Positions 27,290 through 36,910 of a stretch of 54,724 bases of DNA are shown piece by piece. The notes under the pieces were generated by a model, which worked only from the letters and a program-made list of their open reading frames with translations, was not told the DNA's origin and ran no database searches. This DNA comes from an uncultured Verrucomicrobiota bacterium. GTDB lineage: Bacteria > Verrucomicrobiota > Verrucomicrobiia > Limisphaerales > PALSA-1396. Numbering within the stretch: position 1 is the stretch's first letter; the number at the start of each line of letters is the position of its first letter. Both the position numbers and the translations under genes were made by a program. The DNA lies in contig CAZYYS010000001.1 of assembly GCA_964651015.1 (NCBI GenBank), positions 1-54,724 of the forward strand, given 5' to 3'.

Positions 27290-30200
27290 TTATCCGTTCT
27301 TACCACAGCACTGTTTGTATTTCTTGCCGCTGCCACATGGACACGGGTCGTTGCGCCCAACTTTCGGGCCGGTGCGCTTGGGCTTGGGCTTTTCCCTAGA
27401 GAGTTCGGCGGCAGCTTCGCTCACCACATCGCTGGGCTTCGAACCATCCTGTTTCTGCGTCTCACCGAAGGCGCTGCTGGAGTCATGCAAAGTCTGTTGC
27501 GGCGCGTTGCGCAGGAAATTCTCAAAAGCCATCATGCTCGACGCACTGCGGAAAATGTTGTGGCAAATCTCCGTTTTGATATTCACCATCAACTCTTCAA
27601 ACACCTTGAACGCCTCTGCCTTGTATTCGATCAGCGGATCGCGCTGGCCGTAGGCTCGCAGGCCGATGCTGCTCCGGAGACTGTCCATCCCGTAAAGGTG
27701 TTCCTGCCAAAGCCGGTCGATGGCACTCAGGATCGTGTAACGCTCGACGGCCTTGAGCGCCTCGGGTTGCTCAAAGCTGACTTTAAGTTCGTAAGCCTTC
27801 CGGACGTTGTCGGAAACGAACCGGCAAACCGCAAACTGCGCCGCATTAAGCCCATCAAACAACGAGCCGGCCACCGGTTCCTCCTGCCCGGAGTTGGCGG
27901 CCTTGACAATCTCGCCTTCCGGAATGCCTAGCGGAAAGTTCAGATTCACCCAGTCCGCCAGGCCGCGGACGTTCCATTCGGCGACTTCGGAATCGCTCGC
28001 GGTAAGCTGTTCGACTTTCTGGACAACAACTTCCTCCATGATGTCCATGAGTCGATCGCGCACGTCTTCACCATGGATGATTTCATTGCGGAAACCATAG
28101 ACGACCTCGCGCTGTTTGTTCATCACGTCGTCGTATTCGAGTGTGCGCTTGCGGATCTGGAAATTGTGCTGCTCCACGCGCTTTTGCGCCGTCTCGATGG
28201 AACGGTTTAGCATGAAATGCTCGAGCTCCTGCCCTTCCTCCAAGCCGACTTTCTCCATCACCTTGACAATCTTGTCCGAGCCGAACAACCGCATCAAATC
28301 ATCTTCCAATGAAATGAAGAAATGCGACGAGCCGGGATCGCCCTGCCGCGCGCAGCGTCCACGCAACTGACGGTCGATGCGCCGCGCTTCGTGACGTTCC
28401 GTGCCGATGACGTGCAAGCCGCCGAGTTCGGCGATGCCCGGGCCGAGTTTGATGTCGGTACCGCGTCCCGCCATGTTGGTAGCGATGGTCACTGCACTTC
28501 GTTGGCCGGCCCGCGCCACGATTTCGGCCTCCTGCTGGTGATACTTTGCATTGAGCACCGAGTGGATGATGCCGGCGCGCTTCAATATGCGAGAGAGGTG
28601 CTCGCTGACTTCGACGGAAATTGTGCCAACAAGAATGGGCCTCCCTTGCTGGTGTATTTCCTGAATCTCCTTTAACACCGCGTTGAATTTCTCACGCTTG
28701 GTCTTATAGACGGAATCGTTCTTGTCTTTGCGCGCTACCGGCTTGTTGGTGGGAATGACCTGCACACCAAGTTTGTAGATGTCGAAGAATTCCGAGGCTT
28801 CGGTCTCGGCAGTACCGGTCATGCCGGCGAGTTTCTGATAGAGACGAAAATAATTCTGAATGGTAATGGTCGCCAGCGTTTGCGTCTCACGCTCGATCTC
28901 CACGCCTTCTTTTGCCTCGACAGCCTGATGCAAACCGTCGCTCCACCGCCGTCCCGTCATCAAACGACCCGTGTTTTCGTCAACGATAATGACCTTGTTG
29001 TCCTGCACCACGTATTGCACGTCTTTGAGATACAGGCTGTAGGCTTTGAGCAGTTGCGAGATACAATGAATCTGTTGTGCTTTGGTCTCAAACTCCGCCT
29101 GAACCTTAGCCTTGGCCTCCACACGCTTTTTCAGGTCAGCCTCCGCCCCCGTATCGATTTCATGGAACGCCGTGATCAAGTCTGGCAGCATGAAAGCGTC
29201 CGGGTCTTTGGGGCTGAGAAAATTACGGCCCTTTTCAGTCAGATCGGCCTCGTGGCTCTTCTCATCGATCGCGTAAAAGAGTTCTTCCTTTTCGGCGTAC
29301 AGTTCCTTCTTGGATTGGTCGGCGTGCAACATCAACTCCGACTTGTTCATCAGGCTCAGATTTTCCGGATCTTCCAACAGCCTCATCAACTCGGCGGACT
29401 TCGGATTGCCGAGTTTGACGCGATAGAGCAGCAGCCCGATCTCTCGTTGCAAGGCGTCGCGGCTGGAAGGATTGGAACCGTCGGTGGGCCGCAATTTCTT
29501 GATGAGTTGCTCGGCTTCCGAAATAAAACGGTTGCAGAGTTTCTCCTGCACATGCACCAGGGACTCGATCTGGGGTTTATACGGGCCGTACTGATTATCG
29601 ACATTAACCACCGCAGGGCCGCTGATGATGAGCGGCGTGCGCGCTTCATCGATCAAAATCGAGTCCACTTCGTCCACGATGGCAAAATAATGACCACGCT
29701 GAACCTGCTCCTCAGCGCGGGTGGCCATGCCATTGTCGCGGAGGTAATCGAAACCAAACTCGGCGTTTGTGCCGTAGGTGATGTCGCAGTTGTATTGTTC
29801 GCGACGCACATTCGGCGGTTGATCGTGCAGGATGCAGCCGACCGTCAAACCGAGGAGTTTGTAAACCGCGCCCATCCATTCGCTGTCGCGGGCAGCGAGA
29901 TAATCGTTCACCGTAACTACATGCACACCACGCCCGGAGAGTGCATTGAGATAAACCGGCAGCGTCGCAACGAGTGTTTTGCCTTCGCCCGTCGCCATTT
30001 CAGAAATTTTGCCGTTATGCAACGCGATGCCGCCGATGAGTTGCACGTCGAACGGAATCATTTCCCATTTGATCGGATGACCGCGCACCGTAATCTCCTG
30101 ACCGCAGAGCCGGCGGCAGGCGTTTTTGACGACGGCGAAGGCTTCCGGCAGGATCTCCTCCAGCGCCACAGCGAGTTCCTCGTTGTCTTCGATCTTCGAT

Positions 30201-30361
30201 AAGCGTTCCTTCCAATCAGCAGTTTTCTTCTGCAATTCTTCCACGGGAACGGACTGAAGCGAGGTTTCGACCTCGTTAATCTTCGCCACCATGGGTCGAA
30301 GCTTCCGAATTTCCCGGTCATTTCTCGAGCCGACAAATTTTTTGATGATGAACTTGATCAT
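27290..30361 (-). CDS. secA: Preprotein translocase ATPase SecA
   Basis: The N-terminus is MIKFIIKKFVGSRNDREI. DEAD-like motor motifs are present. The C-terminal zinc-binding motif is CPCGSGKKYKQCCG. Confidence 0.97.
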   Translation of the reverse strand: MIKFIIKKFVGSRNDREIRKLRPMVAKINEVETSLQSVPVEELQKKTADWKERLSKIEDNEELAVALEEILPEAFAVVKNACRRLCGQEITVRGHPIKWEMIPFDVQLIGGIALHNGKISEMATGEGKTLVATLPVYLNALSGRGVHVVTVNDYLAARDSEWMGAVYKLLGLTVGCILHDQPPNVRREQYNCDITYGTNAEFGFDYLRDNGMATRAEEQVQRGHYFAIVDEVDSILIDEARTPLIISGPAVVNVDNQYGPYKPQIESLVHVQEKLCNRFISEAEQLIKKLRPTDGSNPSSRDALQREIGLLLYRVKLGNPKSAELMRLLEDPENLSLMNKSELMLHADQSKKELYAEKEELFYAIDEKSHEADLTEKGRNFLSPKDPDAFMLPDLITAFHEIDTGAEADLKKRVEAKAKVQAEFETKAQQIHCISQLLKAYSLYLKDVQYVVQDNKVIIVDENTGRLMTGRRWSDGLHQAVEAKEGVEIERETQTLATITIQNYFRLYQKLAGMTGTAETEASEFFDIYKLGVQVIPTNKPVARKDKNDSVYKTKREKFNAVLKEIQEIHQQGRPILVGTISVEVSEHLSRILKRAGIIHSVLNAKYHQQEAEIVARAGQRSAVTIATNMAGRGTDIKLGPGIAELGGLHVIGTERHEARRIDRQLRGRCARQGDPGSSHFFISLEDDLMRLFGSDKIVKVMEKVGLEEGQELEHFMLNRSIETAQKRVEQHNFQIRKRTLEYDDVMNKQREVVYGFRNEIIHGEDVRDRLMDIMEEVVVQKVEQLTASDSEVAEWNVRGLADWVNLNFPLGIPEGEIVKAANSGQEEPVAGSLFDGLNAAQFAVCRFVSDNVRKAYELKVSFEQPEALKAVERYTILSAIDRLWQEHLYGMDSLRSSIGLRAYGQRDPLIEYKAEAFKVFEELMVNIKTEICHNIFRSASSMMAFENFLRNAPQQTLHDSSSAFGETQKQDGSKPSDVVSEAAAELSREKPKPKRTGPKVGRNDPCPCGSGKKYKQCCGKNG

Positions 30362-30515
30362 GTAATTTGCTGAAAAACAGCGGGACAACGCTACGGGAAC
30401 AAGCTCGGAGCGTCAAAGAATTTGAGGATTTGCCAAGTGCAACGGGTGGCCTAAGTTCTTGGATGCGGCTGCGCAGTTTCTCAAATTCGGTGACTTGTCC
30501 GAACTGGGATATAGT

Positions 30516-32510
30516 TCAAGTGGTTGCCGGAGAAGGTTTCCGCTTGCCACCGGAAGATGGTCGTGGAGACACCGGCGAGGGCGCGACGTTGTTGCGGAAG
30601 CTCGCCCAGTAACGCGGCGGCAACAGTCCCATGATGATGATAATGACCTGCGTGGCCACGAACAGCATGAGCCATTTAAAGGCCGCGTCCATGAAACCGT
30701 AGGAATGCAGACCAATACCGAGCATGTTCACCCCGAACCAGGAGAAACTCGTCACGATATTGCCGATGATCGCCATATTCATCAACCCGCGTTCCTTTAC
30801 CAGGCCGCCCCATCGCGCGTGCAGGATAACAGCGTTCCATAAAACGATGAGGAGCGCCCCATTTTCCTTGGGATCCCAGCCCCAAAAACGTCCCCATGAT
30901 TGATCGGCCCAGATGCCGCCGAGAACCGTGCCAACAAAGCTGAACAACGTGGCGAAACAAATGATGGCATAGACCATCTTGGTCAGGATCTTGCCAATCC
31001 CCGCTTGATTGACTTGGTGCGCCAAGATGGGCGTTAACAGACCCAGGAAGATGTAGGCAATCGCCAGCAACCCGGCGACAAACGTGGCCGCATAACCCAG
31101 CGTAATGACGACGACATGCGTCGCCAGCCAGAAATTTGTATCGAGCACGGCTTGCAACATTTCCATGGTATCGCCACCCAGCGCCAGGTTATGCGCAATG
31201 ATGAGTGTGATAAACCCGGCAAACGAAGCCACTGCGCTGCCGAGACCCAAACGGTGGGTTCTTTCGAGGATCAAACCCAGCACCATCGCGCCCCAACCGA
31301 TGAAGATAGCCGACGAGTAAAGGTTCGTGACGGGCGGGCGACCTTCGAGAACCATTCTAAAGACAAGGCCAAACGTGTGCACCACCCCAGCAAGCATGAC
31401 GAGATAAAACGCCGAGCGCCGGAGTGATTCGGACAGATGAGTCGAAAGCGCAAACGTGAGCAATGCGCCTACCGCCAGTAAAAATGCAATAATGTAAATG
31501 ATAATCGCGTGCAGGAACGCTTTGATGTCATTGTAGTAAAATTCCGCCCGCCCTTTGCCTAATTCCTTGGGGAACTTCGGGGCCAACCACTGCCGGTAAT
31601 CTTCAACAGCTTTGTTGAAATCAGCAGGTTCGTTGTGGCGATAGGCAGTTGCCATGGCGGCAAAGTAAGTCATGGCCGGATGAATCTCTCCGCGGCGGGC
31701 TGATCCCATCAAACTGGCGCCCGCGTTTTGCCAGTCGTCACGAGCAGCTTCCGGCTGCATCGGCGGAACGATCAGCGGATAGGCAAACCGCGACATCGAC
31801 TCGTACACACTAAGCGGTTGCATCAAGCGCTCCAGCGCAGCTTTGTCATAATCTTTTCCCGCCTGACTCGCGCGCGCTGCAATTAAACCGGCGGAAACGG
31901 AGTTTTGAAAATCCGCCAGCTCCTTGGCGAAGTCATGGGTCGATTCCGGCTTGAGGCTGTTTTTGAGCCGGCCATAAAGCACGACCGCGTTGGCCAGTTT
32001 GACGACCTGTCTCTGAAAGGGCGTTTGAACTTCCGGCTTTATCTTCGCGTCGCTGATGTTCCCAGCTTGCCCAAGGATTTCCTGGATAACCGGCTTGAGT
32101 TCGTTGTGCGTATAATAACGCAGGCCGGATTTTTCGATACCTTTGTCATTGAGTTTCAGTTCTCCGATCAGCTCGGGATGGTGAATGAGGAAAATTGCCC
32201 GCTCGTCCGCCTGTTCGGGGCGCAACATGACCTCCAGCAACCATTCGGTGGCTCTTAATTTCTTGGGGTGATGCCAGAATTTCCACGACGGTACAATCTC
32301 CAAAGGCACGTCGCCCGTGCTGCGAATCTGCAAGAGGGAATTACGCGCCACGGAGTCAAAAGGTTGGATGCGGCCATTGAGCAACACCGGCAGGCGACCA
32401 AACTCGCGGACATGAAACTCGCCGTCTTTTTTGGGCAGGAACACGACCACGATCTCGGTGAGAAACAAGGCCACGAACATCCATGGTAAACTTTTGTATA
32501 ATTTTTTCAT
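30516..32510 (-). CDS. ccsA: System II cytochrome c biogenesis protein CcsA/ResC with a roughly 330-aa N-terminal extension
   Basis: The WWD heme-handling motif is WGRFWGWDPKENGAL. The C-terminal half is polytopic. It overlaps the resB stop by 4 nt. Confidence 0.88.
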   Translation of the reverse strand: MKKLYKSLPWMFVALFLTEIVVVFLPKKDGEFHVREFGRLPVLLNGRIQPFDSVARNSLLQIRSTGDVPLEIVPSWKFWHHPKKLRATEWLLEVMLRPEQADERAIFLIHHPELIGELKLNDKGIEKSGLRYYTHNELKPVIQEILGQAGNISDAKIKPEVQTPFQRQVVKLANAVVLYGRLKNSLKPESTHDFAKELADFQNSVSAGLIAARASQAGKDYDKAALERLMQPLSVYESMSRFAYPLIVPPMQPEAARDDWQNAGASLMGSARRGEIHPAMTYFAAMATAYRHNEPADFNKAVEDYRQWLAPKFPKELGKGRAEFYYNDIKAFLHAIIIYIIAFLLAVGALLTFALSTHLSESLRRSAFYLVMLAGVVHTFGLVFRMVLEGRPPVTNLYSSAIFIGWGAMVLGLILERTHRLGLGSAVASFAGFITLIIAHNLALGGDTMEMLQAVLDTNFWLATHVVVITLGYAATFVAGLLAIAYIFLGLLTPILAHQVNQAGIGKILTKMVYAIICFATLFSFVGTVLGGIWADQSWGRFWGWDPKENGALLIVLWNAVILHARWGGLVKERGLMNMAIIGNIVTSFSWFGVNMLGIGLHSYGFMDAAFKWLMLFVATQVIIIIMGLLPPRYWASFRNNVAPSPVSPRPSSGGKRKPSPATT

Positions 32511-33658
32511 GCTGTCCTCCGTTTCCGGGCAAACTCAATCAGGTGTGACATAAACTGAACCGTCAACCCCAACCCTACCAACACACAAGAAAAATAAGGC
32601 GTGAGCCAGCCAGGGTTGCGGACGACTTGCAGGACGGTGCCTTTCTCGTCTTCCTTGTCCCAGTCCGCCTGGAAGAAAGTTTCGCCCGCGTAACGCAGGG
32701 GAGTGTTCATGTAAATCAAGACCTCGCGATCTTCCCCAGTGTCAGGCCGCTGCAATCGCACACGGCTGGAAAAGTTTTTTGGGATATCCGTTCCCGCGTA
32801 ACGATCAAATTTGAAGTCGATCAGGTGCAGACTGAAGGGCTTATAGAAACGCATCGGGCGCAAAACGAGTTGATAGGTACGGCCTTTGTATGAAACCTGT
32901 TGCGGGCGCGCGATGAAACCGGAGACGAGATACGTGCCGAGGGACTCTTGTCCCGCCACAAGCTCGACAATACCCGATGGCATGTCTCGTTTCTCCATCT
33001 GGGTTTCGTGTGGCAATTTCCGCCACCAAACGCCCGATCCGAAGCCGGCCGTCGTCTTCACTTCCTGATAGCCGTCTGCAGCCTTCTCTGCGAGCGAAGA
33101 GTTCGGATAGAAGGTCTTCATCCGGATCGTGAACGGTAATTCAGAGTGCCTGATGTCGCCCTCCTGCAGTAACCGTTCGCCCGATATTGCGACAACTTTG
33201 TCGGAATCGGCGTCGGTCGTATCGATCACGGCCAGTTCAAAATCTCTGGTCGCTTGGGAGTAATTCGATGATGCCCCCTCACGAATATGCATCATGCTCT
33301 CGGTTGAGAACAAATCAGTAGCAAACTGGCCGAGCAGCAAAAGAATGATCCCGGCGTGAATGATGAAGATACCGATTTTTTTCTTCGTGAACTGGAATCG
33401 TTTGGCGTGCGCTGCAAGCAAGTTGATCAGCAAAACACCACCGACAAGATAGCCACCGGGAAAGACCGGAATTTTCCAATCAGATCCTTTGGGCGTCCAA
33501 TAGATCAACAGGCTGCGGAAATACCGATTCTGCGCCTGATACAGCCCTTCGTCCACTTGTGCCAGGGTGCCGATGAAAACCAACACCAACGCGAGGCAAA
33601 GGCAGACTACTGTCAGCCTCAGTGACGTGAAAAAATTGAGGGCGCGATTAAGGAACAT
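32507..33658 (-). CDS. resB: System II cytochrome c biogenesis protein ResB/Ccs1
   Basis: The N-terminus is typical of ResB (FFTSLRLTVVCLCLALVLVFIGT). A large periplasmic loop is present. It is coupled to ccsA. Confidence 0.85.
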   Translation of the reverse strand: MFLNRALNFFTSLRLTVVCLCLALVLVFIGTLAQVDEGLYQAQNRYFRSLLIYWTPKGSDWKIPVFPGGYLVGGVLLINLLAAHAKRFQFTKKKIGIFIIHAGIILLLLGQFATDLFSTESMMHIREGASSNYSQATRDFELAVIDTTDADSDKVVAISGERLLQEGDIRHSELPFTIRMKTFYPNSSLAEKAADGYQEVKTTAGFGSGVWWRKLPHETQMEKRDMPSGIVELVAGQESLGTYLVSGFIARPQQVSYKGRTYQLVLRPMRFYKPFSLHLIDFKFDRYAGTDIPKNFSSRVRLQRPDTGEDREVLIYMNTPLRYAGETFFQADWDKEDEKGTVLQVVRNPGWLTPYFSCVLVGLGLTVQFMSHLIEFARKRRTA

Positions 33659-34745
33659 CGGGTGTTTTTACGGTTTCAACGAACTTGACGAGCGCTTCTT
33701 TCTCGCGCGCTACCACGGGTTCATCGCCCATCATCTTGTAAAACCAGGTTCGTCCCCCTTGTGGCACGATGGCGCCAATGAGACGCGTGATCTTCCCGTC
33801 ACTGGTTTTGTTGCCGGTCATATCGACTAACATGGCTTTGCCTGCGGACGTGTCAAGCGAGGTTATCAACTTCGGCAAATCCGCCTCAGTCGCAGCACTC
33901 AGCCCAAGCTGCCGCTCCCGCCAACGATTTACATTCGCCAGCACACCCCCTCCATCGCCCGGCAAAAAGCTGATTGTGATTTCCGCCTTCGCGCCCGCTT
34001 CGCCAGTCGCCACAAACTTGGCAAGCAACATTTGTGTCGGCGGCACTTCCTGCCAGGTGGGAGGAGCGTTCCAGACATGTTTGCCTGAACCAGCCGCATC
34101 GCGGGGCGTTTCGTGAGTATGGGTGCTGTGGCCTTCTCCGTGCGGTCCGCCCTCGTGCAAGGAGAAGGATTTGAGGAATTGCAGGAAGACCGGCTTTTGT
34201 TCGCGAATAAATGTGTCCTCACCGATCATGCTCGCGAACCAGCTCCTTTGATCCGTCGGCCACATCGCCAACAGAAAGCGGCGGGGACTGGCATTCGTCG
34301 TGGAGGCGCTGGCCGTCATGTCGAGTAGCTTTCCGCGCCCCGGCCCGATCTGGACTTCCTCCGTCAATTTCGCTGCTTCATCCTCACTCAGCACCGGGAG
34401 ACCGGCCTGTTCACGCAAAATGTTTATCACTTCAAAGTCGTGCCCGGGGCCCAGAGCGATGATTGCCGCGTTTGCCCGTTGGCCCTCGCGGCCGGCTATC
34501 GCAAAGGTCGCCAACCGCATGCTCCCCTGCGACGGTTGTTCGGTCCACCCTTCAGGCAACTTCCAGTCGAGATGGGATTGGCCGGCAACCGCAGGACTTG
34601 CACCATTGGTTTCGGCCCTTTCCTTTGGAACCTTATAGACCCTGATATCTCCCCGGTCACAGCCCGCCAGCAATGCAGCAAGAACAGAAACGACCGCTGA
34701 ACACCATCGCAGTCGGTTCGTTCCGGTAAACAACAGAAATTTCAC
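33648..34745 (-). CDS. Lipoprotein of unknown function with an internal two-domain duplication, coupled to resB
   Basis: It has a GTG start and a lipobox (LLAGC). Two repeats of about 135 aa end WFASMIGEDTF..K..FLQFLKSF and WFYKMMGDEPV..K..LVKFVETV. An 11-nt overlap joins it to resB. Confidence 0.7.
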   Translation of the reverse strand: MKFLLFTGTNRLRWCSAVVSVLAALLAGCDRGDIRVYKVPKERAETNGASPAVAGQSHLDWKLPEGWTEQPSQGSMRLATFAIAGREGQRANAAIIALGPGHDFEVINILREQAGLPVLSEDEAAKLTEEVQIGPGRGKLLDMTASASTTNASPRRFLLAMWPTDQRSWFASMIGEDTFIREQKPVFLQFLKSFSLHEGGPHGEGHSTHTHETPRDAAGSGKHVWNAPPTWQEVPPTQMLLAKFVATGEAGAKAEITISFLPGDGGGVLANVNRWRERQLGLSAATEADLPKLITSLDTSAGKAMLVDMTGNKTSDGKITRLIGAIVPQGGRTWFYKMMGDEPVVAREKEALVKFVETVKTPDVP

Positions 34746-34927
34746 TTTATGGTTGTACCGGCAACTGAACGAGGCTGCAAGATGTTGTTTGAATCGCTGG
34801 CCGGATTACCCCAGGGGGTAAGTTCAGCGACGGTGGCCACGAGGCACGCCGATTGGAACCACGATGGCCCGCCGCCGTTAGATGCGGCATGGTCAGACGA
34901 CGCCTCTTCCGTAGTAACTTTTTCTGC

Positions 34928-35293
34928 TCACTTGGGATTTCGAGGCATCAACCATGAGGAGATGAACTTTCCGGATTCTTTCTCCAACAAAATCATAATC
35001 TTCTTAGGATGTTGGTCACTCTCGAAAGAAACGACCACTGTGTCCAGTGCGGCGACCTTCTTCAAAGTCTCCTGGTTTGCCCAAGGCTCTCCTGAAAGTT
35101 TTGGGAAGTCTACGGTGTGTGTCCGTGCAACCGCAATTAGTTCATCATGTGTCATTGTGAACTTTATGTTTCGGCCATGTTCTCGCCATTCAATAGACAC
35201 CGCGACGGACAATATTTGTATGAGACGCGAAAAGTCACCTAACCATTCTTTCGGAAACAATGGCGAGCGTGCACGGGAATCAGATTTGCTCAA
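34928..35293 (-). CDS. Hypothetical protein (orphan, AT-richer than its flanks; start uncertain)
   Basis: The only protein-like frame here is on the minus strand. The TTG start overlaps the rho stop. An alternative ATG (MTHDELIAV...) lies at 35155. Confidence 0.4.
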   Translation of the reverse strand: MSKSDSRARSPLFPKEWLGDFSRLIQILSVAVSIEWREHGRNIKFTMTHDELIAVARTHTVDFPKLSGEPWANQETLKKVAALDTVVVSFESDQHPKKIMILLEKESGKFISSWLMPRNPK

Positions 35294-36756
35294 CCTACGG
35301 CCATTCCGAGCAGGAATTCGATATTGCTCCGGGTCTTTTTCAGCTTGTTCAAGAGAAGCTCCATGGCCTCGACCGTCGGCACACCGGTCAACGCGCGTCT
35401 GAGGATGACGACTTTGTTGTATTCGTCCGGATGATAGAGCAACTCTTCCTTGCGCGTGCCGGAAAGTTCGATGTTGATCGATGGGAAAATGCGGCGTTCA
35501 ACGAGATGGCGATCCAGGACGACTTCCATGTTACCCGTGCCCTTGAACTCTTCAAAGATGACTTCGTCCATGCGCGACCCGGTGTCAACGAGCGCCGTCG
35601 CGATGATCGTCAAGGACCCGCCTTCTTCAATGTTGCGGGCCGCGCCGAAGAATCGTTTCGGTTTGTGGAGCGCGTTCGCATCGACACCGCCCGAGAGAAT
35701 CTTGCCTGAATGTGGCTGGACTGTGTTGTAAGCGCGGGCCAGTCGCGTAATCGAATCGAGAAGAATGACAACGTCGCGTTTGTGTTCAACCATCCTTTTG
35801 GCCTTCTCAATGACCATTTCCGCCACTTGCACGTGCCGTTCGGGTGGTTCATCGAACGTGGAACTGATCACTTCCGCCGGCTTACAACTCCGTTCCATAT
35901 CGGTGACTTCTTCCGGCCGTTCGTCGATTAACAAAATGAACAGGTATGCCTCCGGGTTGTTCTTGAGAATGGCGTTGGCCAGTTTTTGCATCAGCACGGT
36001 TTTACCCGTGCGTGGCGGCGCGACGATCAATCCTCGGCTACCTTTCCCAATCGGGCAAACCAGGTCCAGCACGCGCGTGGAAAGCTCATCGCTGGCGGTT
36101 TCGAGGATGTAACGCTTGTTGGGAAACAGGGGTGTCAGATTGTCGAAATGAGTCTTGTCCTTGGCTTTGTCCGGGTCCTCGGTATCGACGGCTTCGACTT
36201 TGAGCAGCGCAAAGAACCGTTCCTTGTCCTTGGGCGGACGGATTTGACCGGCCACCAGATTGCCGGTCTGTAAATCGAATCGCCGGATTTGCGACGGCGA
36301 AACGTAAATGTCCTCCGGGCAGGACAGATAGTTGAAACTCTGCGAGCGAAGGAAACCAAATCCCTCCGGCAACACCTCCAACACACCTTCGGAAAACAGG
36401 ATGCCGCTGCGCTCCGCGTTCTTCTGAAGAATGTGAAAAATGACTTCGTGCTTGCGCATCGTTCCGAAATTCTCAATCCCCATGTCCTTGGCCATGTGGT
36501 TGAGTTCGGTCATCGACATGGCCTGCAGCTTGGCAATGTTGAGCGAGGAAGCGATGGCGTCTTTGCTCGGAGGCTGGGGTTCGGCCTTGTCCTGTTCCGG
36601 GGACTCGACGGCATGCGTCGGCGGTTCAAGTTCCATCGTCGCGGAACTCGGATTGTCCGGGGCGGGCGGCTCGCCGTTCGCAACCGGCGCGGGCGATTTG
36701 TTCTTTGATCTGGCCGCTTTAGGAAGCGGAGCTTTTTTCGTGCTGACTCTGGCCAT
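35290..36756 (-). CDS. rho: Transcription termination factor Rho with a roughly 70-aa low-complexity N-terminal extension
   Basis: The Rho N-terminal and CSD-like RNA-binding domain is present (FGFLR). Walker A is PPRTGKT. The C-terminus is typical of Rho. Confidence 0.95.
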   Translation of the reverse strand: MARVSTKKAPLPKAARSKNKSPAPVANGEPPAPDNPSSATMELEPPTHAVESPEQDKAEPQPPSKDAIASSLNIAKLQAMSMTELNHMAKDMGIENFGTMRKHEVIFHILQKNAERSGILFSEGVLEVLPEGFGFLRSQSFNYLSCPEDIYVSPSQIRRFDLQTGNLVAGQIRPPKDKERFFALLKVEAVDTEDPDKAKDKTHFDNLTPLFPNKRYILETASDELSTRVLDLVCPIGKGSRGLIVAPPRTGKTVLMQKLANAILKNNPEAYLFILLIDERPEEVTDMERSCKPAEVISSTFDEPPERHVQVAEMVIEKAKRMVEHKRDVVILLDSITRLARAYNTVQPHSGKILSGGVDANALHKPKRFFGAARNIEEGGSLTIIATALVDTGSRMDEVIFEEFKGTGNMEVVLDRHLVERRIFPSINIELSGTRKEELLYHPDEYNKVVILRRALTGVPTVEAMELLLNKLKKTRSNIEFLLGMAVG

Positions 36757-36910
36757 AAATAAATTTTGGTTTAGTTAATAAAATTTGTCGCGGCAGGTGA
36801 TTCAAATGACGGGTCGGTCATGCATCCATTCACTTGGATGGCTAAAGACTCGATCTGTTCAAATTGGAGTGGTTACCAACCGGGAGCAACTGCAGGGTGA
36901 ATCCTTTTCT

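Noticed and set aside
28880-30202. Long antisense ORFs opposite well-supported genes. The coordinates given are the 440-aa ORF opposite secA. Others are 10438-11175 and 12766-13611 opposite atpD/atpA, 21329-22255 opposite czcA, 23707-24495 opposite znuB, 42752-43492 and 43996-44643 opposite the ECF genes, and 48094-49029 opposite uvrD.
   Set aside because: Their translations are Arg/Gly/His-rich and low-complexity with no motifs. The opposite strand encodes highly conserved proteins. This pattern is the usual stop-codon depletion seen in GC-rich DNA.
34805-34920. Possible degraded fourth copy of the palindromic element (ccacgaggc ... gcctcttccgtagtaac)
   Set aside because: Only short partial matches to the arm consensus are present. 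The arms are not convincingly complementary.
34749-35402. 217-aa plus-strand ORF overlapping the rho 3' end
   Set aside because: Its composition is Ser/Cys-rich and not protein-like. It also overlaps the conserved rho C-terminus on the other strand.
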